From positions 1 to 56,572 of IMG/VR virus record IMGVR_UViG_3300009506_000095: a stretch of 56,572 bases of DNA; one strand, written 5' to 3'. How positions within the stretch are numbered: position 1 is the stretch's first letter; each line of letters starts with the position of its first letter. Under the pieces are notes generated by a model. It did no database searches. It saw nothing but the letters and a program-made list of their open reading frames with translations, and was not told the origin of the DNA. Source of the DNA: a virus. Lineage: Duplodnaviria > Caudoviricetes. Made by a program: the position numbers and the translations under genes. This document shows positions 30,701 to 41,655 of this stretch, in pieces.

Positions 30701-31978
30701 ATGGATAGTTTGAAAATTTGCGTAGTTGGATCAGTGAGAAGCGGGACTAATTGGATAGCACATCTATTCTCTCCAATCGTTGATGAAGTTATAGCTGATG
30801 CTGATTATAATGGTGCTACTTGTAATGAGAGATACAGGAATATAGATAATAGAGATGAACTACTGGGAAAAGAAAGTTTTGTCTTCAAACAAAATGAAGA
30901 TCTTATGAACATGGAAAATCTCGACAAGATGATAGAGCTTTTCCCTGATATTAAGTTCATACTTGTTATAAGAGATCCAATAAAGATTGTGGAATCAATA
31001 TGCAAAGCATATCCTGACTCTATCCCGATGAGATTCTTTCCTGCTGTTAGTAAAATTCAAGATGATTTAGGCATATCTAGAGTTGAAGCATCAACAATAT
31101 TCGCATCAGGATATATTAACCAAATACCTAAGTTTATAAATAAATATAGTGACAGAGCTATAATAGTTAAATATGAAGATCTAGTTTACAATTTCGAAGA
31201 TACACTCTCAGGGCTTTATAATTACTTTGGGCATGAGATTAGTCAAAAGCAAATTGATGAAGTAGAAAGGCCAATTGGTGAGCATGGTGAAGGGCTTACT
31301 CCTGATGAAGTAAGCATAATTCTTGACAACACTGTTATCAGAGAAGCACTTGATAAATATGGATACTTTATAGGTGGTAGAACTACTGAGCCAACTGTAG
31401 AGCCTACTATAAAGCCTGATGAGAATGATAACATTGCTGTATCAGATTACATAGCAAGAAATTCAAAAACATATTACTCAAAGGGGAGTTCTGGGTTTAG
31501 AGATAAATTTGCATATGTTAGGGATTTTGTAGATGGCTGTGGTAAAATACTTGATGCTGGAAGTGGATCAGGAAATTATGCCAGAGAATTAATTTCTTCT
31601 GGTAAAGAAGTTTTCTGTATAGACCATAGCAAATATTGCTGTGATAATTTTCTAATAGATATTCCGCACGAGAATAAGAGCATAGTTGAATTCTGTGGAA
31701 AGACAAGAAGGAAATTCGATTGTGTTTATTGCATAGATGTTCTTGAGCATATCCCTTATGATGATATTTGTGATAACCTCAAAGCTTTGAGCAGAGTGTC
31801 TAATAAATTTCTATTTGGAATAGCTAACCATCCAGATGTACAGTTCGGATACCAACTCCATAAGATAATAGAAGGCAGAGACTGGTGGATTGAAAATTTA
31901 TCAGAATATTTCGATAATGTTGAGCATATAGCAAGTTTATTCTTAGGTCAATTTTTCTTCATCAAATGTGAAAACTAA
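30701..31978 (+). CDS. Sulfotransferase - class I methyltransferase fusion
   Basis: N-terminal GSVRSGTNW, IRDP, KYEDLV; linker TEPTVEPT; C-terminal ILDAGSGSG, FDCVYCIDVLEHI. Confidence 0.85.
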   Translation: MDSLKICVVGSVRSGTNWIAHLFSPIVDEVIADADYNGATCNERYRNIDNRDELLGKESFVFKQNEDLMNMENLDKMIELFPDIKFILVIRDPIKIVESICKAYPDSIPMRFFPAVSKIQDDLGISRVEASTIFASGYINQIPKFINKYSDRAIIVKYEDLVYNFEDTLSGLYNYFGHEISQKQIDEVERPIGEHGEGLTPDEVSIILDNTVIREALDKYGYFIGGRTTEPTVEPTIKPDENDNIAVSDYIARNSKTYYSKGSSGFRDKFAYVRDFVDGCGKILDAGSGSGNYARELISSGKEVFCIDHSKYCCDNFLIDIPHENKSIVEFCGKTRRKFDCVYCIDVLEHIPYDDICDNLKALSRVSNKFLFGIANHPDVQFGYQLHKIIEGRDWWIENLSEYFDNVEHIASLFLGQFFFIKCEN

Positions 31979-31995
31979 AAGGCAAAGGGGCTAAT

Positions 31996-34869
31996 ATGGA
32001 CATTACAGATCAGAAGGTGAGTATAATCTTACCAATCATAAGAGAAGAAGGGGCAAAGAAATGCATAGAAGCCATCAGCATGAATGCCGGAATACCATCT
32101 GAGAATTTTGAATTGATAGCTGGGCTTGATACAAAAAGAATTGGTTGCCCAAAGATGGTTAAGATTCTTGCTGAGAAGTCTAATTACGATCTTGTTATGT
32201 TCTTGGCTGATGATACAATACCTCAGAAAGACTTCCTGAAGAATGCACTAAAAGCTATGGCCACACTTCCTGATGGATGGGGATTAGTAGCACTAGATGA
32301 TGGCCTACAGAATCCTGGATTATTGGCTACTCACTGGCTTGCGAGTAAAAAGCTTTTGCCTCTTATTGGTGGAGAGTTTTTCTGCACTGAGTATAAGCAT
32401 AATTTCTGCGATCAAGAACTCACTATGAGGTGTAAGGATTTAGGAAGGTTCACTATTGCTTATGATTCAGTAGTAAAGCATAATCACCCCGCAGCAAATA
32501 GGATGTTCTTTGATAGAAATTATTTAGAATCTTCTAGTGAAAAGAGCATAATGGATGATAGGAATGTTTTCGATAGAAGGTTGAAGGAATACCTTAAGGC
32601 TAAAAATGTATGGAATCTGAAAAAAATACCAAAGATTCTACATCTATATTGGGGAAGAAATAAAAAACTTTCATTCATGAAATTCCTTACTCCATATTCA
32701 TTTGCTAAATTAAATCCAGATTGGAGAATAGTTGTCCACTACCAAGAGTATCCAAATGCTGATGAAGCAGATGTCGGTAGTGAGCAAAAGTCTTACAGCT
32801 ATAAGCATGAGGATTGGTTCTACAGGCTTATAGAGATAGACAATTTAGAACTAAGAATGGCAGAATTTGATCAAGACAAATATGATATAGAGAAAGTACC
32901 AGAGCTTTTCAGAAATGATCTTTATAGGATACAGATCATGCAAAGTATAGGTGGCTTCTGGTCTGATTTCGATGTTCTATTTGTAAGACCTATGTACCAC
33001 CTTGATATTAACAAACCAGAGAATGAGAATACAGACACTGTAACATGCTCTCACTATTCGATGAATAAGACTGCTTTTCTTGGAGGAGCACCAGGAGAAC
33101 CAAATTTCTATTCAGGCTTATATAATATATACAATAAATATAGGAAAAGAGGGATAGATGTTGTAGAGAGGCAAGCATATGGCGAGTCGATGTTCAATGA
33201 TTACTTTGCCTATACAGAAATTAATAAAAAAGCAATAAAGGCAGATATTGGTGTAGATGTTTCAAATATTGCAATGTCTGTGATTTATCCAGTTCTAAAA
33301 AATAAAGTCGAACATCTATATGGAAAAGATTTCAAGATAAGAAATGATACTATAGGATTTCATTGGTATTCTGGAGACCCAAAGACCTCTAAGTATGAGA
33401 ATGAAATAAATGAAGACAATATATCTGCTTTCGATGATAAAATGATATTTTCCATTATGAAAAGTATTTACTTATCTGAAAAATTCAGGTATAGTATTCT
33501 CATGCCTTATTATAAGAGGCACGAGCAACTTCATAACACTTTAGTATCTTTCACCTATCACTATGAGGATAGAAATGATTATGAAGTAGTGATAGTTGAA
33601 GATGGTAAGAACTACAAAGATGCAGATGAACACGAGAAGCTACTAAGTGTTATTTCAGGCTTTAGCGATAAAGTCAATATAAAACATATCGTGGCTGAGA
33701 ATATAATATCAAATAACCCTTCCCCATACTACAATATAGCTGCTGAGAACGCAGAAGGCAAAATACTCGTTATAACAAGCCCTGAGTGCCTACATGAGAA
33801 TAATGTACTAGACAGATTCGATGGGGTTATGGGGTTTAATGACTCGATATATGCTATATGTGCGTGTAGAAATGTTGGTCTGTATCCGAAAATGATAGAA
33901 AAATTTGAGGATTTCGATTATACTCACTTAGAATGGTATCAGCATAGTAAATTCAGGAATATGTCTTTTCATTTTTGCTCTGCTATATCAAAATATAATT
34001 ATCAACTAATAGGTGGATTTGATGATCGTTTCTCTCACGGTATAGATTATGATGATGTAGATTTTAGAGAGATGATAAAATCTGCTAAGATTGAGATAGT
34101 AAAGCTTGATGATGCTTATACGCTTCATCAAAAGCATTCAAAAGACCCAGATATTTTTACAGAAGAGAAGGGTGAGGATGAGGAAAGGAATAGGCAATTG
34201 TTCTACACTAAACGCAAGAAAGATTTTAGATTAGGCATAGGACTTCCTCATACAGATAAGACTGTGACCTCATATTTCTTTGACTCTTGGGTTACTATGG
34301 AGAAACCAGATTTTGTTTATATGCGTCCTCCCTATACTGGATACATAGGATTAGATAAGGCAAGAAACGCATTGGTTTTGGATGCCTTTACAGGTGGATG
34401 CACTCATCTTCTTATGATGGACACGGATCAAATATATCCTACTGATACAATTCCTAAACTGCTTAGTCATGGAAAGGCAGTTGTAGGTGGAGTTGTACAC
34501 AGGAGATATGCGCCATTTGATCCGATTTTATATAAAGGAACCATCGGGAATTATAGCCACATACCAGACGAACTAGCCTACTCAGGAGAGTTGGTGGAAG
34601 TTGATGCAACTGGCTGTGGATGTATACTCTATGATATGGAGGTTTTTAAAAAGGTACAACCACCATGGTTCGAGATCTATCAGTTGGAAACTGGCAAAGA
34701 CGTAGGAGAAGATATTGGCTTCTGCGCAAAACTGAGAGATGCTGGTTTTAGTATCTATGTAGATACATCAATAGAGATAGAGCATATGTCTGTGATGGGG
34801 GTAACTCGTACCATGTATGAATGGTACAAAAAAGTCCACCACTTCGGGTGGGCTGATAAGGGGGCTTAA
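31996..34869 (+). CDS. Multi-domain glycosyltransferase (about four GT-A domains, including a DXD/GT32-like domain)
   Basis: SIILP..FLADDT; IPKILHLYWG..GGFWSDFDV; SILMPYY..IGGFDDRF..DYDDVDF; LMMDTDQ..VDATGCGC..GEDIGFC. Confidence 0.88.
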   Translation: MDITDQKVSIILPIIREEGAKKCIEAISMNAGIPSENFELIAGLDTKRIGCPKMVKILAEKSNYDLVMFLADDTIPQKDFLKNALKAMATLPDGWGLVALDDGLQNPGLLATHWLASKKLLPLIGGEFFCTEYKHNFCDQELTMRCKDLGRFTIAYDSVVKHNHPAANRMFFDRNYLESSSEKSIMDDRNVFDRRLKEYLKAKNVWNLKKIPKILHLYWGRNKKLSFMKFLTPYSFAKLNPDWRIVVHYQEYPNADEADVGSEQKSYSYKHEDWFYRLIEIDNLELRMAEFDQDKYDIEKVPELFRNDLYRIQIMQSIGGFWSDFDVLFVRPMYHLDINKPENENTDTVTCSHYSMNKTAFLGGAPGEPNFYSGLYNIYNKYRKRGIDVVERQAYGESMFNDYFAYTEINKKAIKADIGVDVSNIAMSVIYPVLKNKVEHLYGKDFKIRNDTIGFHWYSGDPKTSKYENEINEDNISAFDDKMIFSIMKSIYLSEKFRYSILMPYYKRHEQLHNTLVSFTYHYEDRNDYEVVIVEDGKNYKDADEHEKLLSVISGFSDKVNIKHIVAENIISNNPSPYYNIAAENAEGKILVITSPECLHENNVLDRFDGVMGFNDSIYAICACRNVGLYPKMIEKFEDFDYTHLEWYQHSKFRNMSFHFCSAISKYNYQLIGGFDDRFSHGIDYDDVDFREMIKSAKIEIVKLDDAYTLHQKHSKDPDIFTEEKGEDEERNRQLFYTKRKKDFRLGIGLPHTDKTVTSYFFDSWVTMEKPDFVYMRPPYTGYIGLDKARNALVLDAFTGGCTHLLMMDTDQIYPTDTIPKLLSHGKAVVGGVVHRRYAPFDPILYKGTIGNYSHIPDELAYSGELVEVDATGCGCILYDMEVFKKVQPPWFEIYQLETGKDVGEDIGFCAKLRDAGFSIYVDTSIEIEHMSVMGVTRTMYEWYKKVHHFGWADKGA

Positions 34870-34895
34870 TATATAAACTGTAGGAGAGTGTTAAA

Positions 34896-35348
34896 ATGTC
34901 TGTTAAAGTTGGTTATAAAGCTAAAGTTTCTCTAGGTACCAGTACTATCGTTGGTATGGGCACTTGGAGTATGAGTGGTATCACAGCAGATCAGCTTGAC
35001 GCATCTGACTTCGGGGATAACTGGAAAGTATTCGAGTTTGGTATGAAGGATGGTGGTCAGGTGACTTTTAACGGTCTACTGGATCCAGACGATACAACTG
35101 GCCAACACGCTCTTATGAGAGCTAATGTTGAAAACACTGATCTTACTAGTCTAAGGCTTTATGTCGATCAGACTTCTTATTATGAACCGTGTCAAACAAC
35201 TGGTTGGTTCTCTCCATCTACCACCACGTTAAATGATACAGTACTTTCTTGGGTCAATATCACTTCGTTTGATATTAGCACAGACAAGTCTGGTCTTGCT
35301 CAAGTTTCCTTTACTGGAAAGGTCAGCGGTATGATGGTGCTGGTGTAA
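34896..35348 (+). CDS. Major tail (tube) protein
   Basis: WSMS..ADQLDASDFGDNWK....GMKDGGQVTFNG, QVSFTGKVSG; position before chaperones and TMP. Confidence 0.8.
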   Translation: MSVKVGYKAKVSLGTSTIVGMGTWSMSGITADQLDASDFGDNWKVFEFGMKDGGQVTFNGLLDPDDTTGQHALMRANVENTDLTSLRLYVDQTSYYEPCQTTGWFSPSTTTLNDTVLSWVNITSFDISTDKSGLAQVSFTGKVSGMMVLV

Positions 35349-35369
35349 TCTATTAACCTTAAAATTCAA

Positions 35370-35465
35370 AAGCGTGGGATAAGGCATTGCCGATGGTGGT
35401 TTGGCCCCTTCCACCGCTCCCACGCTTAAAAAACATAAGGGGCCATTGCCAAAGGAGAAGGGGCT
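35370..35465 (+). ncRNA. Candidate cis-regulatory pseudoknotted RNA upstream of the tail chaperone
   Basis: AAGCGTGGGA/TCCCACGCTT stem, inner GGTGG/CCACC hairpin whose loop TGGCCCCTT pairs with AAGGGGCCA (35437-35445) or with the RBS region GAAGGGGC. Confidence 0.5.
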
Positions 35466-35852
35466 ATGAAATTTGATCTTGATAATCTGAATCCTGGAAC
35501 ATTTTTTGAATTCGAAGATGATGATGGTGGTGTAACAATTCGTCTTGCTAATTCTGACGCTATGAGAGAAATTGATAAGGCTACTGTTAAGAAGAAAATT
35601 TCTTTTCATAGAGGTCAGCGGTATGAGGTAGATGTTGTTGATGAAGCATTAAGATCTAATATGATATGGGATTATATCATAATTGATTGGGAAAATGTGA
35701 CTGACAGCAATGGTGTCGATATTCCATGTACTTTTGAGAATAAAGCCAAACTTATGCGTGAGTCTGTTAAGTTTTCCAGCTTTATAGCAAGCTGTGTCGA
35801 ACAGCTGACTGACAATATGTCTCTTTATGAAGAGGAATTGGAAAAAAACTGA
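35466..35852 (+). CDS. Tail assembly chaperone (lambda gpG-like)
   Basis: IIIDWENVTD.NG.DIPCT.ENK motif; ends in slippery GAA AAA AAC TGA. Confidence 0.85.
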   Translation: MKFDLDNLNPGTFFEFEDDDGGVTIRLANSDAMREIDKATVKKKISFHRGQRYEVDVVDEALRSNMIWDYIIIDWENVTDSNGVDIPCTFENKAKLMRESVKFSSFIASCVEQLTDNMSLYEEELEKN

Positions 35853-36184
35853 TTGAAGTAGTCGAAAGACTACAGGAAAAACCCGATTGTGAACTATGCG
35901 AAGCGACTTGGGAGTTGTATGGAAAGGAGCCGAAATGCTCTGAGTGTATGCCTGAAATAATGCCTGAGAATCGAGATGTCATAGATGTCTATGCGAAGGT
36001 TAGAAGTCAGCATATAATGGGAATGAGTGGCCCAGTAGACATAAATATATTAGCCATCAAGGCAGTAATGGATTTACAAGGCATAGAAAATCAAAAGAGG
36101 GTTTTTGAAAAAGTATATAAGTTGTACAACCACATAATGTCGAGAATCAGAGATCAGCAAGAGGCAGAATCTAGGGCGACATAA
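35843..36184 (+). CDS. Tail chaperone extension (gpGT-like) made by programmed -1 frameshift
   Basis: A-AAA-AAC heptamer at 35843-35849; the -1 frame is open through to 36184 (includes track ORF 35915-36184). Confidence 0.8.
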   Translation, partial: KKLIEVVERLQEKPDCELCEATWELYGKEPKCSECMPEIMPENRDVIDVYAKVRSQHIMGMSGPVDINILAIKAVMDLQGIENQKRVFEKVYKLYNHIMSRIRDQQEAESRAT

Positions 36185-36186
36185 TA

Positions 36187-39100
36187 ATGAGAGTTGGAAC
36201 AGCTACTGTAGATGTAAGAGTCAATCTGAGTCAGTTAGAAGCTGGACTTAGAAGGATTGAAACCCTTGCTTCGAGATCAGCTAGGACTGTTGAGAATACC
36301 TTAAGCAATATTTCTGCCGGGACTACTGACTATGGTAGAGCTACTGCTGGTGCTTCAAAAGACGTTGATAAACTCACCCACTCTATAGAAAGACATAAGA
36401 GAGGGATGAGAGGGTTGCTCCCTCACGTTGCTCAAGTAACTGTTGCCTATATGGCTGCCAGAGCTGCTTGGCGGTCATTAATAACAGGTATAACAGTTGG
36501 TGCTGAGTTTGAGCACAAGATGGCTTTTGTCAAAGCCGTAACTCAAGATCTAGCTGTAGGGTTTAAAGATCTAACAGAACAATTCAATGCGCAGAAAGAA
36601 GCTGCTAAGAAGGCAGGTGAGACAACCAAGTGGACTGCCCAGGAAGCAGCTGAAGCCTTAAAATACCTATCTATGGCTGGGTTTGATGCTAAAGAAGGAA
36701 TAGAAGCATTGCCTGGCGTCTTACAGTTAGCCCTTGTAGGTGAATTAGAACTTGGAAGAGCTACTGATATTGTTACTGATACATTGAGGGCTATGGGTCT
36801 TCAAGCTAAAGACCTGACAAGGGTCAACGATGTATTTGTAGCAACTATTACCAGAACTAATACTGATATTGAGAAGATGGGTCAAGCGATGAAATTCGCT
36901 GCTCCTGTTGCTGGTGCCCTTGGATACCAAATTGAAGAAGTTGCTGCTATGATAGGACTTCTCTCCCAGTCTGGTGTTAAAGCTGGTATTGCTGGCCGTA
37001 ACATTCAGCAAGCTATGGTCAGATCTTCTCAAGCTGCTGCGGCATTCGGCTCTAAATCCTCCCATCTTATGGATGTTCTAAGTGCTCTTAATGAAAGACA
37101 AAAGGAATATGAGAAAACTCTTGGTAAAGTAAGAGCGAGAGAGATGATACTTACTGAGGCTCGGAAGGCTTTTGGCCTCATATCGCTGAAAAGTGTTCTC
37201 GTATTGAAAGAGAATATTGAAGGATATAAAAAGCTTGAAGAAGCTAATGTAAAAGCTACTGGAGAAATGAAGAAAGCAGCAGATATCATTGAAGGAACAA
37301 CCATAAACATGTTCAAGAAGCTTGCTGCTGCTGTATCAAGCATATCAATTGATATATGGGAAAAGTATCAAGATAGAATAAAGATGGCAATATTCAATGC
37401 TACTTATTATATCCTTGAACACAAAGATGAGGTCATCAAATTCTTTGATGATATGGTAAGAGCTGCTAAGAATATTGCTACATTTGCCCTTCCTACAATA
37501 TACTTTATCGGAGATGCTATAAAGGCTGTTTATAATGTTGTAAAGTTATTCCCTGAAGAAGTGACTGGAGCAGGTGGAATGGGTCTTATAGCATTCCTAT
37601 TCACTAGGAATGTTCCACTTTCAGCTCTGATAACTCTTTCCTCTATGCTCATAAAATTAGCTGATGATGCTAAGACTGCTCAGGACGCACTAAGCGAAAC
37701 TGGAAGTACCCAGATACTTGGTGAGAGTGATGAGTATGGTGCCTCTATAAAAACTCTTGAGACCCAGAATGCAGTTTATCAAGCTGCTATTGATAGCCTT
37801 GATAAACAAATAAAAAGATATGAAAGCAAGAAGGCTGAGGCTGATAAGGCAAAGGCTACGATTGAAGAATATAAAGAGAAAGGTATATATGAGGAAAGTA
37901 AGTATATCCTTGGCCCAACAGAAAAGCTTGCTGCTAAGGTTGATGATATTAATGATAAGCTTACTGAACTTGAGAATAGAAGGAAGAAAATTGCTGGTGA
38001 GCTAACAAATATAAAAGAAGCTGAAACAAAAGTCGCACCAAAAGATTCCACTAAGAAGATAGAGGAATCTACTGAGGATATGGCAAAAGCTCTTGAGGAG
38101 AGAGCTGCTAAAGTTGAAGATGCGATGAAGAAGTACAAGGAGAAGCTCAAAAGTATATGGGTGGGCGACAACAGTGAGCTTGATAAAGAGCTTATAGAAT
38201 TGTATGAGAAGGACTATGGCGATATACTTGCTTTAGATGACAGATTAGCTGAAGCTGTAGATAAATCAAGGTTTACAGAATCAATAAAAACACAACTTGA
38301 ATTTATAAAGAAAACTAGAAGTGCCTCAGCTGGTGAGTATGAGGCATTGGTATCAAGATTAACAAAAACGAGAGGTGAAGTAACTAGTATAATTGAAAAA
38401 GCAGCTGATAAAGAAGTAACTCTTGAGAGTAGTAAGTGGCAGGTGATGAGAAATGATCTCAATCTCTACATGAATATCCTTAAGCACATGTACCTAGAGA
38501 ATGATGAAATTCTTATCAAAGAAAAGAAAAGAGTTGAAAAGGCTATGACTGCCATCCAGAAGCTTGAAGATGCTGATAGAACAAAAGCGTTGAAGAAAGA
38601 GCTGGAGGAGCAGAGAAGGCTAAGAAAAAGAGAGCTATCAGCATTAAAGTCCATCTATAAAGATATGTCCAATCTTAGAGTAGATGATACAGATATAGCC
38701 TTAGAAATGCTCAAGATGGAATATGAGCAGCATGTGATTAATGGTGTAGACAAGCATCTTGCAGATCTTTGGTATGCTAATGAGCAGCAGAAGATATTTG
38801 ATAAGCAAACTGTAGAGCATGGCAAAATGATAGATGCCATGAATGTAGGTGTCAGAAGGTGGGCTGAGAATGTTGAAAACTATTCTCAAATGGCTGCCAG
38901 TTTTATGGAAGATTTTCTAAACGGTACTCAAAGTGATTTCTCTGATGCTTTTGCCAAAATGTATGATGGGCAGATGGATGGGTGGAAAGAATTTCTTGAT
39001 AATATGAGTAATAGGTTCAAGAAATTCTTATCAGACTTGGTAGCATATGCTGCTATGCAAAAAATATTTATCCCAATAGTGAATCAAGTTATCGGTGGAG

Positions 39101-41655
39101 AGTTCGGGCAAAAAATACTTGGTGGCAGTCTCAGTGATTCACTATCAAGTATTCTAAAAGGAGTCAGCCCAACAAGTCCTGGAATTGATTTCGGAGGTTT
39201 AGTAGGTGCCACCTCTAAAGGCAATGTATGGATGACAAGTACTAACGAAGAGATTCAGTCAGGAATAGATGCTCAATGGGCTGCTGCTCATCCATACGCA
39301 AATGCTAATCTAAGTGAATTAACTGCCGCAAGACCAGATCTATTTGGGTCTGGAGTAACTGGAGTAAGCCCTAGTGCTTTTGAAAGTGTTATGGGCAAAG
39401 TAGGTGGCTTCTTTAAGGATTTTGGAGGAATTGGAATATTAGCTGGACTTCCTAAACTTTTAAGTGGTGATATACTTGGTGCTGGAACTACTGGTTTAGG
39501 TGCTATGGGTGGTACAGCTCTTGGTACTATGGCTGGAAGTGCTCTGTCTGGCACAGCAATAGGCTCAACACTTGGGTCAATAATACCAGGAGTTGGAACG
39601 ATTATTGGAGGGTTCCTTGGTTCATTAGCTGGTGATTGGCTTGGAGATGTATTTGGAGGTGGACCACCTACAATAAGAGGTGGATTTGGTCTCCATATGT
39701 TTGAAGGTCAAGGCGGTGCTGATCAGACTAAATTCGATATTCTTAATAACCCGACAATATCTGGATGGTCATCTTTTAATTATGAAGATAAATGGCAAAC
39801 TGAAATGCAGGATAAAGTCAGTGGGCTTATAGAAGATACATTTAATCCAGTATTTGGCAAAATATCAGACACTCTTAACTCACTAATAGGTGAAGGGATA
39901 ATAACAGAGGATGATATTCCAGATGACTTCCTATCTTTTGATATGCATGATTTCGAAGTACAAGGATTGAAGCACACTAATGAAGAGTTTCAAGCATTCC
40001 TTAAAAGCACTATAGAGAATTGGGCGAATGATATAAGCAAAGAAACTGAAAAGCTATTTGGCGATATAAGCGTCAAGATCGTACAGAGGGGATTAGAAAA
40101 AGTTGATCTTGATTGGTTAGTTGATAATCACCCACTTATACAGTTAGCAGATAAGTTGAAAGAAGGTCTTGAAGCATATGGTGGTGATTATGATAAATAC
40201 TTAGCAGATGCTCAGGAATTTTTCAACACCACTAATACAATAATGGGGGCTATTGGTGAAATTCTTAGTCAAGCAAGAGACTTAGGCTCTGAGCCATTGG
40301 GAGATATAGAGAGTCAGCTTGCTAATATGAATAATCAATTCAACGATTTTAGCCTCACACTCCAATCCCTTGGTGCTTCAGTAAAGATAGTGACTGAAGT
40401 TGAGAATGAAAGAGCAAAAGCTTTGGCTAGAATAGCAAAGGCTCCATTTATGGAACTTGGTGGAAAGCTAGAAGGAAGAAAGCTTGATCAGGCTTTTGCA
40501 GGATTCGGCACAGAAGATTGGAAATATTGGTTCAACAATATACAAAATGAGTTCAATAGTCTTGATACAAGTAGTTCAGACTACTATGATAAGGCGATAA
40601 AATTGCTGAATGATCAATACGAAGTAGCATCTGCTATAGAGGGATTGAACAAAGATCAACTCCAGCAAATGTATGACTTTAGTGATCTTCTTGAATCATT
40701 TACTATGGGAGCCTTAGCACCAGTAGAAAGCTTTGAAGCATATCAGAGGAAATATGAAGATTTAGTTACTGCTGCTGCTGGGGGGGATAATGCTTCTGCT
40801 GAAGAGCTAAAATCATATGTCCCACAATATCTTGAGTTCATGAGGGATTATGGTGGAGATTATCAAGCACTTATTGATAGTGTTACACAAGATCTTAAAG
40901 ATCTCCAAGACATATCTGCTGAAAATGCTGGAACTGGTACTAATCCGGCAGATGAGCTTTTTGATATCATTTCTCAGAATGTGAATAGTGTTAATGATCT
41001 AATAGATGCCCAATATAATGTTATAGAGAATTTTGATGAAATATCGAAAGGTCTTGATTGGAACAAGCTTTATGAAGATTTCAAAGCTCAACTTGGTGAA
41101 GGTGGAGTTCTTGATTTTAGGCAGTATATAACTGCTGTTAATCTTAATGATTATGTTACACCAGTTGGTGAAGCTGAAACATTGGCAACAGAAACTGCTA
41201 CAGGTACAGAGGGTTTGGGCACTACAACAGGAACAGAGGGATTAACACCAGGAACTGGAAATGCTGGTGTTGAAGATATGTATGTTCTCTCTCAGGATGA
41301 GATAGATGCAATAGCCAGGAATGTAATGCCTCCAGAAGGATTGCGACCATTTCAGCATGGTGGTATGCTAACAAATCCAGGGGCATATTTCGGCGGTGAG
41401 CGTGGGCCATCTTGGCCAGAATATGTAGTGCCAACTAATCCATCAGATAGTTCCAGATTCCTCAGTTCTATAGGGATTAACACTGGAATGATTGCCAGAG
41501 AAATTTCCTCAAATATTAACCAAGGTGGCGGTGGAAATGGCTTGATAGAATTGAGAATCTATACAAACGATGAGTTTACAGAGCAGAAATTCATCAGCCT
41601 TATGAATAGTCCAGAAGTAATAGAAGTTGGTAGACAGAAATTTAACAGGAAGTAA
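36187..41655 (+). CDS. Tape measure protein (TP901-like core)
   Basis: TKWTAQEAAEALKYLSMAGF, ALPGVLQLA, MGQAMKFAAPVAGALG; long coiled coils; Gly-rich hydrophobic segment. Confidence 0.93.
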   Translation: MRVGTATVDVRVNLSQLEAGLRRIETLASRSARTVENTLSNISAGTTDYGRATAGASKDVDKLTHSIERHKRGMRGLLPHVAQVTVAYMAARAAWRSLITGITVGAEFEHKMAFVKAVTQDLAVGFKDLTEQFNAQKEAAKKAGETTKWTAQEAAEALKYLSMAGFDAKEGIEALPGVLQLALVGELELGRATDIVTDTLRAMGLQAKDLTRVNDVFVATITRTNTDIEKMGQAMKFAAPVAGALGYQIEEVAAMIGLLSQSGVKAGIAGRNIQQAMVRSSQAAAAFGSKSSHLMDVLSALNERQKEYEKTLGKVRAREMILTEARKAFGLISLKSVLVLKENIEGYKKLEEANVKATGEMKKAADIIEGTTINMFKKLAAAVSSISIDIWEKYQDRIKMAIFNATYYILEHKDEVIKFFDDMVRAAKNIATFALPTIYFIGDAIKAVYNVVKLFPEEVTGAGGMGLIAFLFTRNVPLSALITLSSMLIKLADDAKTAQDALSETGSTQILGESDEYGASIKTLETQNAVYQAAIDSLDKQIKRYESKKAEADKAKATIEEYKEKGIYEESKYILGPTEKLAAKVDDINDKLTELENRRKKIAGELTNIKEAETKVAPKDSTKKIEESTEDMAKALEERAAKVEDAMKKYKEKLKSIWVGDNSELDKELIELYEKDYGDILALDDRLAEAVDKSRFTESIKTQLEFIKKTRSASAGEYEALVSRLTKTRGEVTSIIEKAADKEVTLESSKWQVMRNDLNLYMNILKHMYLENDEILIKEKKRVEKAMTAIQKLEDADRTKALKKELEEQRRLRKRELSALKSIYKDMSNLRVDDTDIALEMLKMEYEQHVINGVDKHLADLWYANEQQKIFDKQTVEHGKMIDAMNVGVRRWAENVENYSQMAASFMEDFLNGTQSDFSDAFAKMYDGQMDGWKEFLDNMSNRFKKFLSDLVAYAAMQKIFIPIVNQVIGGEFGQKILGGSLSDSLSSILKGVSPTSPGIDFGGLVGATSKGNVWMTSTNEEIQSGIDAQWAAAHPYANANLSELTAARPDLFGSGVTGVSPSAFESVMGKVGGFFKDFGGIGILAGLPKLLSGDILGAGTTGLGAMGGTALGTMAGSALSGTAIGSTLGSIIPGVGTIIGGFLGSLAGDWLGDVFGGGPPTIRGGFGLHMFEGQGGADQTKFDILNNPTISGWSSFNYEDKWQTEMQDKVSGLIEDTFNPVFGKISDTLNSLIGEGIITEDDIPDDFLSFDMHDFEVQGLKHTNEEFQAFLKSTIENWANDISKETEKLFGDISVKIVQRGLEKVDLDWLVDNHPLIQLADKLKEGLEAYGGDYDKYLADAQEFFNTTNTIMGAIGEILSQARDLGSEPLGDIESQLANMNNQFNDFSLTLQSLGASVKIVTEVENERAKALARIAKAPFMELGGKLEGRKLDQAFAGFGTEDWKYWFNNIQNEFNSLDTSSSDYYDKAIKLLNDQYEVASAIEGLNKDQLQQMYDFSDLLESFTMGALAPVESFEAYQRKYEDLVTAAAGGDNASAEELKSYVPQYLEFMRDYGGDYQALIDSVTQDLKDLQDISAENAGTGTNPADELFDIISQNVNSVNDLIDAQYNVIENFDEISKGLDWNKLYEDFKAQLGEGGVLDFRQYITAVNLNDYVTPVGEAETLATETATGTEGLGTTTGTEGLTPGTGNAGVEDMYVLSQDEIDAIARNVMPPEGLRPFQHGGMLTNPGAYFGGERGPSWPEYVVPTNPSDSSRFLSSIGINTGMIAREISSNINQGGGGNGLIELRIYTNDEFTEQKFISLMNSPEVIEVGRQKFNRK

